The notes below the pieces were generated by a model. That model saw only the letters and a list, made by a program, of their open reading frames with translations, was not told the DNA's origin and did no database searches. Of a stretch of 64,000 nt of DNA, positions 44,698 to 54,976 are shown one piece after another (within the stretch, counting starts at the first letter, position 1; every line of letters begins with the position of its first letter). The position numbers and the translations under genes are program-made. The DNA is from Opitutales bacterium (lineage in GTDB: Bacteria > Verrucomicrobiota > Verrucomicrobiia > Opitutales > Seribacteraceae). The stretch lies in assembly GCA_965661905.1 (NCBI GenBank), contig CBFIFQ010000001.1, forward strand, positions 1,138 to 65,137. The letters are read 5' to 3'.

Positions 44698-47600
44698 GGA
44701 AACAGACTCCATTCCTTTAATTCGTAATCATACTTTGCCCCCTGCCCTTGTACTTGTTGCCGGCAGTACAGCCATTTGCTGTCACTATTGCTGTATAGAT
44801 ACCCTTCGTTATTCTCCGCATTCCAATAAGTTGGATTAGTCCAATACCAGGGGCCTTTATTACTTTTAAACCAGAGTCCATTAGTATTTTTTTCCGGGTA
44901 AAGCCACACCCAACCCCAAGTCGTATGAAAGGACCACCCCGAAGCAGTAGTTATAAAGTCTCCTATCCAGCCACGGCTCCAACCGCCGGGCAACTCAACA
45001 GCATCTGTTGTATTTTCTCCGAGGTATGGTTTGATGATAATTTCACTGGATTCTTCGGTTTTGAGCCCTGAACTATCAACCGCGAGTATTGATATTGGGT
45101 GAGTACCGATTTTATCTGGGTAGGCTGTACCTGAGATGACCAACTTATTGGCCTCACTCTTACTGAAGGTTAGCCAGTCTGGCAGGTTAGGCTGAACCAC
45201 AAATGTTTCGCCATCAGGATCAAACGAATGGACCAATATCTCAATATCTTCATATTGCTCAAAGGCATATTCATTTTTAAGTAATACTCTAGGCTTAAAT
45301 ACTGAACTATTCTTAACCATTAATGGATGATTTAAGCTGAACACTTCCCCCCTCTCATTAGTTAGCACAAAGCTTACATTATAGATAATATCCTGGAGGC
45401 TGTAAGGAGGTTGGCCAGAAAGGCTTCCTGACCCATCTTCATTTATACGCAAATGGATCCAGTCAGGCAGACTTGAGTTTTGCTCGGCAATTATACTATC
45501 GTGCATCCAAGGCCCTGTTTTAAAAGGGAAAGTAAAGAAAGAGTTTGAAGAAATGGCCTGTGGTAACTGCGGAGACATACCTGGTTGATTGAGTGGGGGT
45601 CCTAGGCTCGCAAGAGTAATGACTCTTTCACTTAAAGAGAGATCATCGGAGTAGGCAAAGAGGATATTGTTTTCACGAATTGGGCTTATTGTGTCTATTT
45701 TTTGAACTCCGAGCTCAGTGGGGATAAAAGAATCATGGATATGCAAAGTACTCGGTTCTAGCTTTGCGAGATAAGTGCCGGGTCCTGCACTGTCTGTCTC
45801 CAATGAATTCAATGGATTGAACCTTTTTGAAAAAGTTGCGGAGAGGAATAAGTAACCATCCTTACTAATTTTGAAATCTGTCAACCGGTCAGTACCTTCC
45901 CCGCCATACCCTGAAAGAGATTCGCAAGTAAGATCTTGGTTAAAGCTGGCAACAAATATGTCTAGTCCTGAAGTAGAAACGACTTCATGATCTCCAACTG
46001 AAATGGAGCCATCAAACTCACCCGCTAAGTAGAATTTGTTATCTACTGAATTGTGTAACAAGCAATTACTCCTTACGGCACCACTACCAGATAATATCGT
46101 GATTTCACCTTCCAAACCGTTGCCATTGATCTTTGAAATGAAAGATGCCTTCCCGTCATTATAATAGACTTCATTCCCCCAGTTGAATTCTCTGTCAAAA
46201 TTCCCCGAAATAACTATCTGATTACCAAGTGAAACATGACCTGTTATTTGATCCATGTAAGTACCGCCAATCGGCCGAAAGCTTTGCAATTGATTGCTAG
46301 AAAATTGAGCCAAAAAACCGTCCTGGAGACCACGGGGAAATAATGGATTGCTGCCCCCACGATTGTATGCTCCCCACATTTGCCCTGAAACGGTAAAGGA
46401 CTCTTTACTGCCCACAACCGATAGAGATAAAAGGTCCTCATCTGAACTGAGAATTTCCAGAAGCTTTATTTCGCCATTTAATGATAATTCGGCAACAAAG
46501 ACATTGTACCCATCAGAACCCACATAATTCTGGTTGTTTATGGAAAGATCATTTCTGAATGTACCGCAAATCATTATTTCCCCTGTTGAACTTTGGGTGA
46601 CGGAACTAATGGCAGCTTCACTGGAAGAATTAATTGCTATCATATGAGTTAGGCTTAAGTTCGAATCGGTTAGTAAAATGAATCCATACCTAATTCCAGT
46701 TTTTTGGATTTCAACCCCCTGATAAGAGATAGCTGAAATCGCATTTCCGGCGATAAGTTTTGCTTGGTGATCTAATTCTATAATCTCAATAATCTTACCA
46801 TTTCCCTTGATACTTCTTGTCGAATGGAAGTCAGGGATCTGACCTGAATAATTCAGAGCATTATTTTTCTTAATTTGATAATCAATACTTACTTGTGAAC
46901 TGGCCCCATCGAGATCAAAAGATTGAACAACGATCGTGCCCCTGTCCTCACGGTTTGGTATTACACCAAAAATAGTTGCCTTTCCGTCACCTTCATTTTG
47001 AAGAGTTAGGTAATCTGGTGCGTTGACCAACCTAAATTCTGCAAAATTTCTATTGACTAAAGAAATTTCCTTAGAGAAAAATTCTCCTCCGAGCAATAGT
47101 AAGTCATTGATTTCCTTAAATTGAACAGGTGGTCTACTTTCAAATTTAATGAGAAGCGATTCGTTGGGCTGGGTTTGAGTTAAGTCATAAGAATCTATAA
47201 TCAGCCCCTGTTCCGAAGTAATTTTTAGAGCGGTTGTGCCATAACGATTCATCAGTAGAGTCGCGTTGCCTTCATCTCCATCGCCCAAAATATCTTTTTG
47301 CCAAATAACATCGCCATTCATCTGTTGGAGTTTTAAAATTGAATGATCTTTGGGGCTATTTTCTTCTCCTCCGCTTAGCATATCAGGCTCCTGGGTATAG
47401 CTTACCAAAGCCATTATGTTGCCAAAAGGAGTAACTCTAATAGAATCGGTAGAAAGGTTTATCCCAGGGCCCAAGTCGTTTTGCCATAAAATGTTTAAAT
47501 CTGAAGAAAGCTTTAAGATCAAAGATGAATTTTCTTCACTTACGGCAATTACTTCTTCTGTGTTTTTAACATAGTCACCACCGGTTTTGATTCTTAACGA

Positions 47601-50600
47601 TTGAGAATAGTCACAACTCAGGTAAAGGTTGGTCCCATCAACAGTTAGGTTCTTACATTGACTAAAGTTACTAGACTCAAAGCTTATGGAATATTCTATG
47701 TCCAGGTGCGAGTTCAGTCCCAGAGCTAAGCCGTAAGGTTTACTCCCCACCTTCAATACATTGCATGCGATAATAGCACCATGTTGACTGAAGGAAATAT
47801 CACTTAAAATATTGCTTCCACTGCGCCCAAACTTGGTATGATGCAGGATATCACCAGATGGACTTAAGCGAAGCATGAAAATATCTGAAGCATCATCATA
47901 AGACTCATATGTAATGCTCTCGTCAATGTACAACTCTCCTCGAAAACTTCCTCCTAAAAGTATCTCGTGATCATCGGAAGTATCAATATGTAAATCTTCT
48001 GTTTCGTTGTTTGAATGGAAAGTCTTCACCCACAATAAATCACCCGAAGTTGTTATTTTGATGAGAAATGTGGAATGAGGACTGTTGCTAGCTGTAGACT
48101 TATCGGCGACCTTGAGGTTTTCAGAAAAGACTCCTGCTGCATATAGATACCCACTTTTTTGGTTTAGCCTGTTAATTTTAACATTCTTACCCTCCAGTTC
48201 TATGATCCATGGCCATGTTTTGGAAGTAGCATCAAGCTCACCAATGAATAATTTATTGCCAGGTAACTCAACTTGTTCAACCTTTAAGGATGCATCCAAT
48301 AAATGGATGCTTTGAGTTAATCTTCCAGCTAAGAAAAAAGTTTCCGTGCCAGATAGCAATGCATGAAGTTGGGTGGCAGAGTCTAAGTAGGATGCATGCG
48401 CGAATTCGAGAGGCGACTCATCATAAATTTTTAGAAACCTAAAGTCTTTTGCGGTATTGCCTTGGGCATCAGAAACTTCATAGGTCAGCGTGGTAAACCC
48501 CTCTTTTTCATAATCAACTTCTGGGGAGACCGTAACATTCTCAGTAAGGTCACCCCCTCTATGGTCTAATGCATAATACCCAGGCTCGCTGTAGCCCTGC
48601 CCCGTATTTAGCTGAATAAGCTTCTCGCCCAGCAAATGAATTTCAGGTGGAACTTTACTTGTAACATTAACTGAAACATTCTTTGAAGCTGAGACTCCGT
48701 TTGATGATGTAACTTTAAAAGTAACGCCATAAACTCCCGAAAGATTGTCAGGCACATTGCCTGTAAGACGAATTTTCTCTGCGGAAATCACTTCTAGCTT
48801 TAACCAGTCTGGACCACTCGTCAGAAGACTGGTGATGCCGCTGCCAGAATGAATAATTGAAAAATCAACAGCCAGGGTATCATTTGGCTCAATGGAAATG
48901 TTATCGTCACCGCTTATTACAGGGGCTTCATTGCCCTCAACAATAATCGCATTAATTAAGACCTCATCGGTTTTTTTACCATCCGTAACAAAAAGAGTAA
49001 AAGAATCAGTCCCAGCTCCTATGAAGTCAGGATGATAGGTTAAGCTGTCAACGACTCCATAGGTTGCCAGGATTGAAACCTCTCCGTACTTTGGCTTATT
49101 ACTCGGTTTAATCTCCCAAGTGAGAAGATCTCCATCGGGATCAATGGCGGTAAGTTGATTGAGATTACCAGAAAGAATTTCTCCACTATGCGAAAAAACC
49201 ATAGACATTTCATCACCCGTTTGAATGATGGGGCTTCGGTTTGAGCCATTAACTTCCAGACTAAAATGGGTCATATCAAATGCTCCACCTTCATCGACGG
49301 CAGAAATTGAAACAGGAATAGTTCTCCCTACACCTTCCTCCGGAAATAACCCTGAAAGGATTGCTCCTTCTTCATTCTCCAGTAGCTTGATATTTGCAAA
49401 CCCCGGGTCAAGCCAAGTAGGTAAAAACAGCTTGTAACTCAAATCGGCCGAATCATCGTCCTGAGCCAAAATTTCAATATTAAATTGGTCTCCTTGCTGA
49501 AACTGAAAAAAGGTTGATGTGGGCTTTACAAAATAAGGGTTATCCGGGATAGATCTAAGATATACTTCAATCTTCAGTTCGGCTTTTCTTATTCCGTCTG
49601 ATGCTTCTAAAGTAAATTCATCATATCCGTTGAGGTTTGGTTTAGGGTTGTAAGTAAAATTAACGGGTCGTAGACCATCTCCTTTCACCAATAGGTCACT
49701 GCCGCTTACCGGTGCTTTGCCTACGGCCCATGAAATCTCTTTGCTGAATTCATTGGGGTCAGGGTCGTAACACCCATAATTTGTCGGTGGATTCCACCCT
49801 CGAGCACCATCTCCATCTTCATCCATGAAAATCCGTACTTTTTTTATAGGGGAATTACTCAAGGTTGAGTAAAAAACTGGAGGATAATTATCTACACGAA
49901 TTACAAGGTCAAAGACCTGCTCAACGATTGTTGATCCGTCTGTTGCTTCAAATGCAATTTGATAACGACCTATATCAGAGGGGGATGCTAAACCAGAAAG
50001 TATTGCAGTCCCGTTCTCGCCCAGTGTAAATTTCAACCAACTGGGTAAAGAGCTGACACATGAAATCGTAGGGGCCACACCATCGGCGTCATAAGCTTGA
50101 ACCTGATAATGATAAGGACTTTCATCATTCCATGAAATAAGGTCATCCTTATCGCTTGGAGGAGAAGATATAAAAACAGGCTCATCGCTTGTATTCTCTA
50201 CATCCACTTTTATTTCGATCAAAGAGCTCTTGGGGGGAGAGCCAAGAGCTCCGCCAGAATCTGTCACTTCAATAATAAACAAATCTTCACCTGAAAAGTT
50301 AGAATCTGGCTGATAAATTAAATCACTGCCATCTGGCTCGATAGAGGCCTCTCCCCCGGATGGGCTTAATGCAATGCCCCAGATGAGATCTTCAGGCAAT
50401 GTATGGTCGTCCGAAGCTGAGAATGAGATAGGAACCCAGGTCTCAGGGAGATCCTCTGTCATGGAAATATGATACTCACTATTCTCAACAGATGGTGGGG
50501 CGTTATGTACAATTACATTGATCTGCAAATCCTGAGAATTACTGAGCTGGGTCTCGTCTTCTGCGGAAAAAGTAACAATAACCTGTCCTTCATCATTATG

Positions 50601-53600
50601 TGATGGGTTTCCCGAAATTTTGATAATTCCACGAGACAAAGCGGTGTCATCAATAATAACCCAATCCGGGACATTGGAGGCATTAAATTTCATACCTACA
50701 AGTGAATCACCATCTAAAACATTAAAAGTCACATTTAAGTCATCATCATCCGAAATGGTAATACTTGAAGGTAAATTACTAAATACAGGAGCATCGTCTA
50801 AAGTTTCGATTACAACCTCAAAGGAAGCCTGATCTGTATTTATTCCATCAGTGAAAATAATAGAGAAATCATCGGCACCACTGTAATTGCCGTCTGGCAT
50901 ATATTGAATCTCTAGTTCTTTTTCTAAGTTTATTGTAACCTGAAGGTCTCCATGCTTTGGTTCAACCTCAAATAAAGCAGATATTTTTTGCTTATCCGGG
51001 TCAATAATCCGCTCACCCTGACTTCTCCAAATTTCATCTTCTTTAATGTAGAGCCTATTTTCAGAAGGAAAGGTGAGCATAGGAGGTGTATTCTCACTCA
51101 AAACTCCCAGGATGAATGATTGACTGGCAATATTGTTATTGTCATCACGAACGCTAAGCTCAACAGGATACTCCCCCTCCACTCCTGCAGGAGGAATACC
51201 TCGGAGAATCGCCTTTCCATTTTGAGATTCCACAACGGATAACCAGGCTGGTATGGTGCTATCAATCGAAAGTGTGAGGGCTTGCCCAACATCACCATCT
51301 TCAGTGACTATTTTATATTCCCATGGGTACTCAACTACAGCGTCGGAATAATGAGGAATACTTTTAAAAACAGGATCATCTTCGATGCTGTTGACCACTA
51401 CGGTGAAAGAAACCGAATCCTTTGCATTCTCATCATTTTGCTCTGAAACCAGCACGGAGAAATTATCAATCCCAGAAAAATTACCATCTGGCGTATATAA
51501 AACAGTGACACTCTCGCCATCAGCTACAAGTTCTACTGAGCCATTGGACGGTTGATAAAATATAGACCATGCAAAGCTAGTTACGGTTTCATCGGGATCA
51601 GAGGCAGTGAGAAGAATACTTGGCCAGGAAATAGGGTTTTGATCTTCATCTATGTAATAAATTCGGCTTTCATTGCCACTTATGAGCGGAGGATAATTAG
51701 CAGGTATAACACTTACAAAATAAGATTGCTCTACCCTGTTGCCATAGTCGTCTTCAAGGGTAACGAATATGGTGCTCGCTATTCCATCATTATAGTCCTC
51801 CCATGACGGTGTTCCTGTCATAGACAGATTGTCATCGCTCAGGCTCAACCAACTGGGTAAGCCATCAACTTTGATGGCAAAATTATCATTTTCATCAGGG
51901 TCAAAAACCTCAAAAACATGTGAATATAAAACACCTTCATTTGCAAAGCTTGATGGCACTGGAGATAGTAAGGTGGGTGCATCGTTTACACCCTCTATAT
52001 CAATCACTACAGTGAGATCTGTAAACTTAGGAAAATTTGCATCATCGTCTGTTATGCGAACCTGAAATGACCTTTCGCCATGAGCATGAGATAACGGGAT
52101 GAAAATTATGTGTTCGCGTGGATCTAAAACTTGATTTTCTAAAGCCACAGTTCCGTCACTTGGGGCTTGCAGTAAAGTGAAGTTGAGACCGTCACCATCA
52201 GGGTCATAAATATCCAGCGATTGTATTGCAGTCAGCCAATCCTGTTCCTCAAAGTCTTCGGTGAGTTCTAGGGTAACAGTCGAGGCTTCTAGACCATTGA
52301 AGGTAACCACAGGTGGTTCATTGCGGGGATATATGAGCAGACTAAACATTTGCTCAGCTGGAGTACTCCCGGAACTATCGTCACAAATTAATGAAAAAGA
52401 GTGTTCATAGACGCCATTGGTAAAGCTCAAGGATTCTCCCGATGGAGTGCCGGTTATTATGTACTCTCCAGTTTGACTTCCTTCAACTAAGGTGAGTCCA
52501 CCCGGGAACTGGTCGCCTGCCTTAAGACTGACATTCAGCAAATCACTATCTACATCTTCAACGCTCAAGGAAAAAGTAAACATTTCCCCGACCATGGCAA
52601 CCGGCAGTGTGTGCAATGGCGTGTCTACATTAATAAACTCCGGTGTATCATTCACCGGAGAGATCGTAATTTCAATCGTTTGATCCGAAGATAATTCCCC
52701 CACTGTACTGGTAATAACATAATTCTGTGTGCCTGATTCATTATCAAAAGGAGAGAACTCAAAGAATCCTGTGACTTCATTAATCACTCCATCACCTAGT
52801 AAAGTCGAGTCAGCTGCCAAAGACCAGGTGATCGGATAATCAAAAGGGTGACTTGCGTTAAAATCGTAGGTCAGGACTGAGGAGTCTTCCAGAATGGAGA
52901 AATTATTTTCTGAATCGATGTCCCAAAGAGGAGGAAGGCTTGGTTTCACCGTAGCACTTGACCAACTTGGGTTGTGAAAAGCTTGAATCCCACCACTTGC
53001 AGCGGCTGAACTGCTCTCCTCAGGAGAACCGACTATAATCATCCCTTCTCTCGCAGCAAGCGGTGAATGGGTACTTGACCCAGCGACTACGGTAGACTGG
53101 TTTAAATCAAGAGTAGAGATAAGATCCCAGTCATTTGAACCTTCAAGGTTTCCATAAACATAGACCAACCCATGAGACCCTGCCCCGGGAGAACTCGAAA
53201 TTAATAAATCGCCGCTTGATTCAAGGTCGGTAGAGAAAAGCTGATCCGCTGTACTTGTGGGAGGGGAAACCACAGCCACCTCAGTCCAAACTTCATCAAA
53301 TTGTTCAAATATATAAACTACCCCAGTATCGACCCCAGTATCATCTCCCTTAACCGCACCGATAAAAATAAAATTTTCAGATATACGCACAGATGAACCA
53401 AAACGGTCCCCAGCTGAGAGAGAGGATGGGGCGATTTGTTGAGACTGGACCCAATCTCCAGATTCATCCAAACCAAAAACATAAGCAACTCCAGAATCAG
53501 TACCATTGATTGTATCCCCTGCCCCAGGCGCACCGATCACAATTATATTATCTTTAAGATCAAGATCGTACCCAAAGTTATCATTGATCACACCATCTTC

Positions 53601-54851
53601 TGCCTGAAGGTTTGAATGGAATGTGAGCCCACTATCAATTTCAAAGAGTGAAACTTTACCCTTATCGCTTCCATACTGGGTAGAACTAACTGCCAACCAT
53701 TGCTCGGACATACTCAAACTAAACCCAAAAGTATCAAGTGTGGCAGGGTTATTGCCGACTATTTTCTCGACCAAGGCATATTGTTCATCTTCATCCTTCT
53801 GATAAAAGAAAACAGACCCTTCTAAGCTTTCAGAATCGGGAGCGGAAACAGCCAGGTATTCATCAAAGCATGCCACGGATGCACCAAATTTCATATTTTC
53901 AGTTTGATGATCGAGGGGAGGAGTTATTTCTTGGTAAAGTGAGTAAGACAAATCATCTAATTGATTATAAACATAAGCTTTCCCGGTGAGGGAATCCTCG
54001 CCGTATGCACCAATAATAAGTTGATTCACTGAGTTAACAGAAAGGGCGTAGCCAAATCTTGCTTCCAGTTGTGGGTCCTGCGACTCAAGTAAGGTAAAGC
54101 TCTGATAAGGAATGACCTGAAGCACCCCGTGGTTTGCATTAGAGGCGGAGTTGTAATAATAGAAGTTCTCTTGTTCAGATCCTTCAAGTTTCGGGGTAAA
54201 TAGAAGGTAGGCTTCAGGTCCGGTACTGGCGTTATTAAAAACAGAGGAGCCAGACAACAAGGTGCTGTCAAGGTCAGTACTAATAACCAACCTTTGATTT
54301 GAATGGTTCGTGAAATTATAATAACAGTTTGAAAAGAGACGGATTTGCGGGAAATTATCTTCACCTCTTTGAAAGGCTTGATCTGCATCGCTCCAGTTTA
54401 AATCAATTACTTCGTAGCTGGCTGAAGGCGAAAGGACAGTGAATTCTTGAATCATGTCCTCATGACTAGTGCAGAAATAATACAGGGAACCCTCAAAATC
54501 CAATGGTATAGTCACTTGAAGAGTATCCCCTGATCCAGTAAGAGGACCCCCTACAACCAGATCAGATGTGATATCCCCATAATTCTCCCCAATCATGAAT
54601 GGATGGGATTCCGATATACTGTTAGCGGTAAAATTATAGGTCTCTCCTCGGTAAAGAGGACGACTCAGAAAATCTGTAACTAAGCCGTTTGGATCGGTAA
54701 AGGTATAAAAGGGCGCATTGGAATCTCCACCACCAACTGTAAAGCCTATTGAAAAAGAGTCATCCTGACCGCAAACGATTGCTGGTCCGAGAGTAAAAAT
54801 AGGCAAAACGGATAACCATAATGAACGGTAGAATATCCGGATTAATTGCAT
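44694..54851 (-). CDS. giant secreted multidomain adhesin-like protein (about 3385 aa)
   Basis: One uninterrupted ORF. The ATG at 54851 gives the signal peptide MQLIRIFYRSLWLSVLPIFTLGPAIVCGQ. The track start at 54860 is TTG. The domain sub-features below give the contents. Confidence 0.85.
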   Translation of the reverse strand: MQLIRIFYRSLWLSVLPIFTLGPAIVCGQDDSFSIGFTVGGGDSNAPFYTFTDPNGLVTDFLSRPLYRGETYNFTANSISESHPFMIGENYGDITSDLVVGGPLTGSGDTLQVTIPLDFEGSLYYFCTSHEDMIQEFTVLSPSASYEVIDLNWSDADQAFQRGEDNFPQIRLFSNCYYNFTNHSNQRLVISTDLDSTLLSGSSVFNNASTGPEAYLLFTPKLEGSEQENFYYYNSASNANHGVLQVIPYQSFTLLESQDPQLEARFGYALSVNSVNQLIIGAYGEDSLTGKAYVYNQLDDLSYSLYQEITPPLDHQTENMKFGASVACFDEYLAVSAPDSESLEGSVFFYQKDEDEQYALVEKIVGNNPATLDTFGFSLSMSEQWLAVSSTQYGSDKGKVSLFEIDSGLTFHSNLQAEDGVINDNFGYDLDLKDNIIVIGAPGAGDTINGTDSGVAYVFGLDESGDWVQSQQIAPSSLSAGDRFGSSVRISENFIFIGAVKGDDTGVDTGVVYIFEQFDEVWTEVAVVSPPTSTADQLFSTDLESSGDLLISSSPGAGSHGLVYVYGNLEGSNDWDLISTLDLNQSTVVAGSSTHSPLAAREGMIIVGSPEESSSAAASGGIQAFHNPSWSSATVKPSLPPLWDIDSENNFSILEDSSVLTYDFNASHPFDYPITWSLAADSTLLGDGVINEVTGFFEFSPFDNESGTQNYVITSTVGELSSDQTIEITISPVNDTPEFINVDTPLHTLPVAMVGEMFTFSLSVEDVDSDLLNVSLKAGDQFPGGLTLVEGSQTGEYIITGTPSGESLSFTNGVYEHSFSLICDDSSGSTPAEQMFSLLIYPRNEPPVVTFNGLEASTVTLELTEDFEEQDWLTAIQSLDIYDPDGDGLNFTLLQAPSDGTVALENQVLDPREHIIFIPLSHAHGERSFQVRITDDDANFPKFTDLTVVIDIEGVNDAPTLLSPVPSSFANEGVLYSHVFEVFDPDENDNFAIKVDGLPSWLSLSDDNLSMTGTPSWEDYNDGIASTIFVTLEDDYGNRVEQSYFVSVIPANYPPLISGNESRIYYIDEDQNPISWPSILLTASDPDETVTSFAWSIFYQPSNGSVELVADGESVTVLYTPDGNFSGIDNFSVLVSEQNDENAKDSVSFTVVVNSIEDDPVFKSIPHYSDAVVEYPWEYKIVTEDGDVGQALTLSIDSTIPAWLSVVESQNGKAILRGIPPAGVEGEYPVELSVRDDNNNIASQSFILGVLSENTPPMLTFPSENRLYIKEDEIWRSQGERIIDPDKQKISALFEVEPKHGDLQVTINLEKELEIQYMPDGNYSGADDFSIIFTDGINTDQASFEVVIETLDDAPVFSNLPSSITISDDDDLNVTFNVLDGDSLVGMKFNASNVPDWVIIDDTALSRGIIKISGNPSHNDEGQVIVTFSAEDETQLSNSQDLQINVIVHNAPPSVENSEYHISMTEDLPETWVPISFSASDDHTLPEDLIWGIALSPSGGEASIEPDGSDLIYQPDSNFSGEDLFIIEVTDSGGALGSPPKSSLIEIKVDVENTSDEPVFISSPPSDKDDLISWNDESPYHYQVQAYDADGVAPTISCVSSLPSWLKFTLGENGTAILSGLASPSDIGRYQIAFEATDGSTIVEQVFDLVIRVDNYPPVFYSTLSNSPIKKVRIFMDEDGDGARGWNPPTNYGCYDPDPNEFSKEISWAVGKAPVSGSDLLVKGDGLRPVNFTYNPKPNLNGYDEFTLEASDGIRKAELKIEVYLRSIPDNPYFVKPTSTFFQFQQGDQFNIEILAQDDDSADLSYKLFLPTWLDPGFANIKLLENEEGAILSGLFPEEGVGRTIPVSISAVDEGGAFDMTHFSLEVNGSNRSPIIQTGDEMSMVFSHSGEILSGNLNQLTAIDPDGDLLTWEIKPSNKPKYGEVSILATYGVVDSLTYHPDFIGAGTDSFTLFVTDGKKTDEVLINAIIVEGNEAPVISGDDNISIEPNDTLAVDFSIIHSGSGITSLLTSGPDWLKLEVISAEKIRLTGNVPDNLSGVYGVTFKVTSSNGVSASKNVSVNVTSKVPPEIHLLGEKLIQLNTGQGYSEPGYYALDHRGGDLTENVTVSPEVDYEKEGFTTLTYEVSDAQGNTAKDFRFLKIYDESPLEFAHASYLDSATQLHALLSGTETFFLAGRLTQSIHLLDASLKVEQVELPGNKLFIGELDATSKTWPWIIELEGKNVKINRLNQKSGYLYAAGVFSENLKVADKSTASNSPHSTFLIKITTSGDLLWVKTFHSNNETEDLHIDTSDDHEILLGGSFRGELYIDESITYESYDDASDIFMLRLSPSGDILHHTKFGRSGSNILSDISFSQHGAIIACNVLKVGSKPYGLALGLNSHLDIEYSISFESSNFSQCKNLTVDGTNLYLSCDYSQSLRIKTGGDYVKNTEEVIAVSEENSSLILKLSSDLNILWQNDLGPGINLSTDSIRVTPFGNIMALVSYTQEPDMLSGGEENSPKDHSILKLQQMNGDVIWQKDILGDGDEGNATLLMNRYGTTALKITSEQGLIIDSYDLTQTQPNESLLIKFESRPPVQFKEINDLLLLGGEFFSKEISLVNRNFAEFRLVNAPDYLTLQNEGDGKATIFGVIPNREDRGTIVVQSFDLDGASSQVSIDYQIKKNNALNYSGQIPDFHSTRSIKGNGKIIEIIELDHQAKLIAGNAISAISYQGVEIQKTGIRYGFILLTDSNLSLTHMIAINSSSEAAISSVTQSSTGEIMICGTFRNDLSINNQNYVGSDGYNVFVAELSLNGEIKLLEILSSDEDLLSLSVVGSKESFTVSGQMWGAYNRGGSNPLFPRGLQDGFLAQFSSNQLQSFRPIGGTYMDQITGHVSLGNQIVISGNFDREFNWGNEVYYNDGKASFISKINGNGLEGEITILSGSGAVRSNCLLHNSVDNKFYLAGEFDGSISVGDHEVVSTSGLDIFVASFNQDLTCESLSGYGGEGTDRLTDFKISKDGYLFLSATFSKRFNPLNSLETDSAGPGTYLAKLEPSTLHIHDSFIPTELGVQKIDTISPIRENNILFAYSDDLSLSERVITLASLGPPLNQPGMSPQLPQAISSNSFFTFPFKTGPWMHDSIIAEQNSSLPDWIHLRINEDGSGSLSGQPPYSLQDIIYNVSFVLTNERGEVFSLNHPLMVKNSSVFKPRVLLKNEYAFEQYEDIEILVHSFDPDGETFVVQPNLPDWLTFSKSEANKLVISGTAYPDKIGTHPISILAVDSSGLKTEESSEIIIKPYLGENTTDAVELPGGWSRGWIGDFITTASGWSFHTTWGWVWLYPEKNTNGLWFKSNKGPWYWTNPTYWNAENNEGYLYSNSDSKWLYCRQQVQGQGAKYDYELKEWSLFP
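44697..44990 (-). other. Trp/Tyr-rich C-terminal module of the giant protein
   Basis: GGWSRGWIGDFITTASGWSFHTTWGWVWLYPEKNTNGLWFKSNKGPWYWTNPTYWNAENNEGYLYSNSDSKWLY. No LPXTG, PEP-CTERM or hydrophobic anchor is visible. Confidence 0.5.
45591..48413 (-). repeat. SBBP-like beta-propeller repeat region, preceded by a DUF5011-like Ig domain at 48417-48650
   Basis: Recurrent 'G.f.g.l.i' and 'sGD.lW.k.fg' units: GYLYAAGVFSENLKV, SGDLLWVKTFHS, ILLGGSFRGELYI, SGDILHHTKFG, NGDVIWQKDILG, IMICGTFRNDLSI, IVISGNFDREFNWG, FYLAGEFDGSISVG. Confidence 0.45.
48651..52913 (-). repeat. tandem cadherin-like / dystroglycan-type Ig modules (more than 12 copies)
   Basis: There are recurrent boundary motifs (VNDTPEF, GVNDAPTL, IEDDPVF, LDDAPVF, TSDEPVF, NEAPVI). 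There are also recurrent motifs of the form 'LP.WL.l....g.a.lsG.P....G.Y.v', such as LPSWLSLSDDNLSMTGTPS, IPAWLSVVESQNGKAILRGIPP and LPSWLKFTLGENGTAILSGLASP. Confidence 0.6.
52986..54059 (-). repeat. about seven FG-GAP (integrin-alpha-type beta-propeller) repeats
   Basis: FGYALSVNSVNQLIIGAYGED, FGASVACFDEYLAVSAPDSE, FGFSLSMSEQWLAVSS, FGYDLDLKDNIIVIGAPGAGD and FGSSVRISENFIFIGAVKGDD, plus two degenerate copies at about 55-aa spacing. Confidence 0.65.
54432..54755 (-). other. cupredoxin-like N-terminal domain with a possible type-1 copper ligand set
   Basis: SESHPFMIG...(44 aa)...GSLYYFCTSHEDM gives the pattern His...Cys-x2-His-x2-Met, the same spacing as amicyanin CTPHPFM. Confidence 0.4.
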
Positions 54852-54976
54852 ACACAACAATCAATCAAAAAACTTATATTTGCAAAGCTTTTAGGGTGCA
54901 GAATGATGAGTTTTGATTAAGAAAAAAGGATCCTTTATGAAATAACTCTATGCTACATTAAAAATTCTCAAAAAAG

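Noticed and set aside
54925-54936. The perfect 12-bp palindrome AAAGGATCCTTT followed by a T-run (minus strand), between the M29-like gene and the giant gene, as an intrinsic terminator.
   Set aside because: It is a loop-less, AT-rich palindrome that cannot form a stable hairpin. It may be a protein-binding site or chance, and there is not enough evidence for either.
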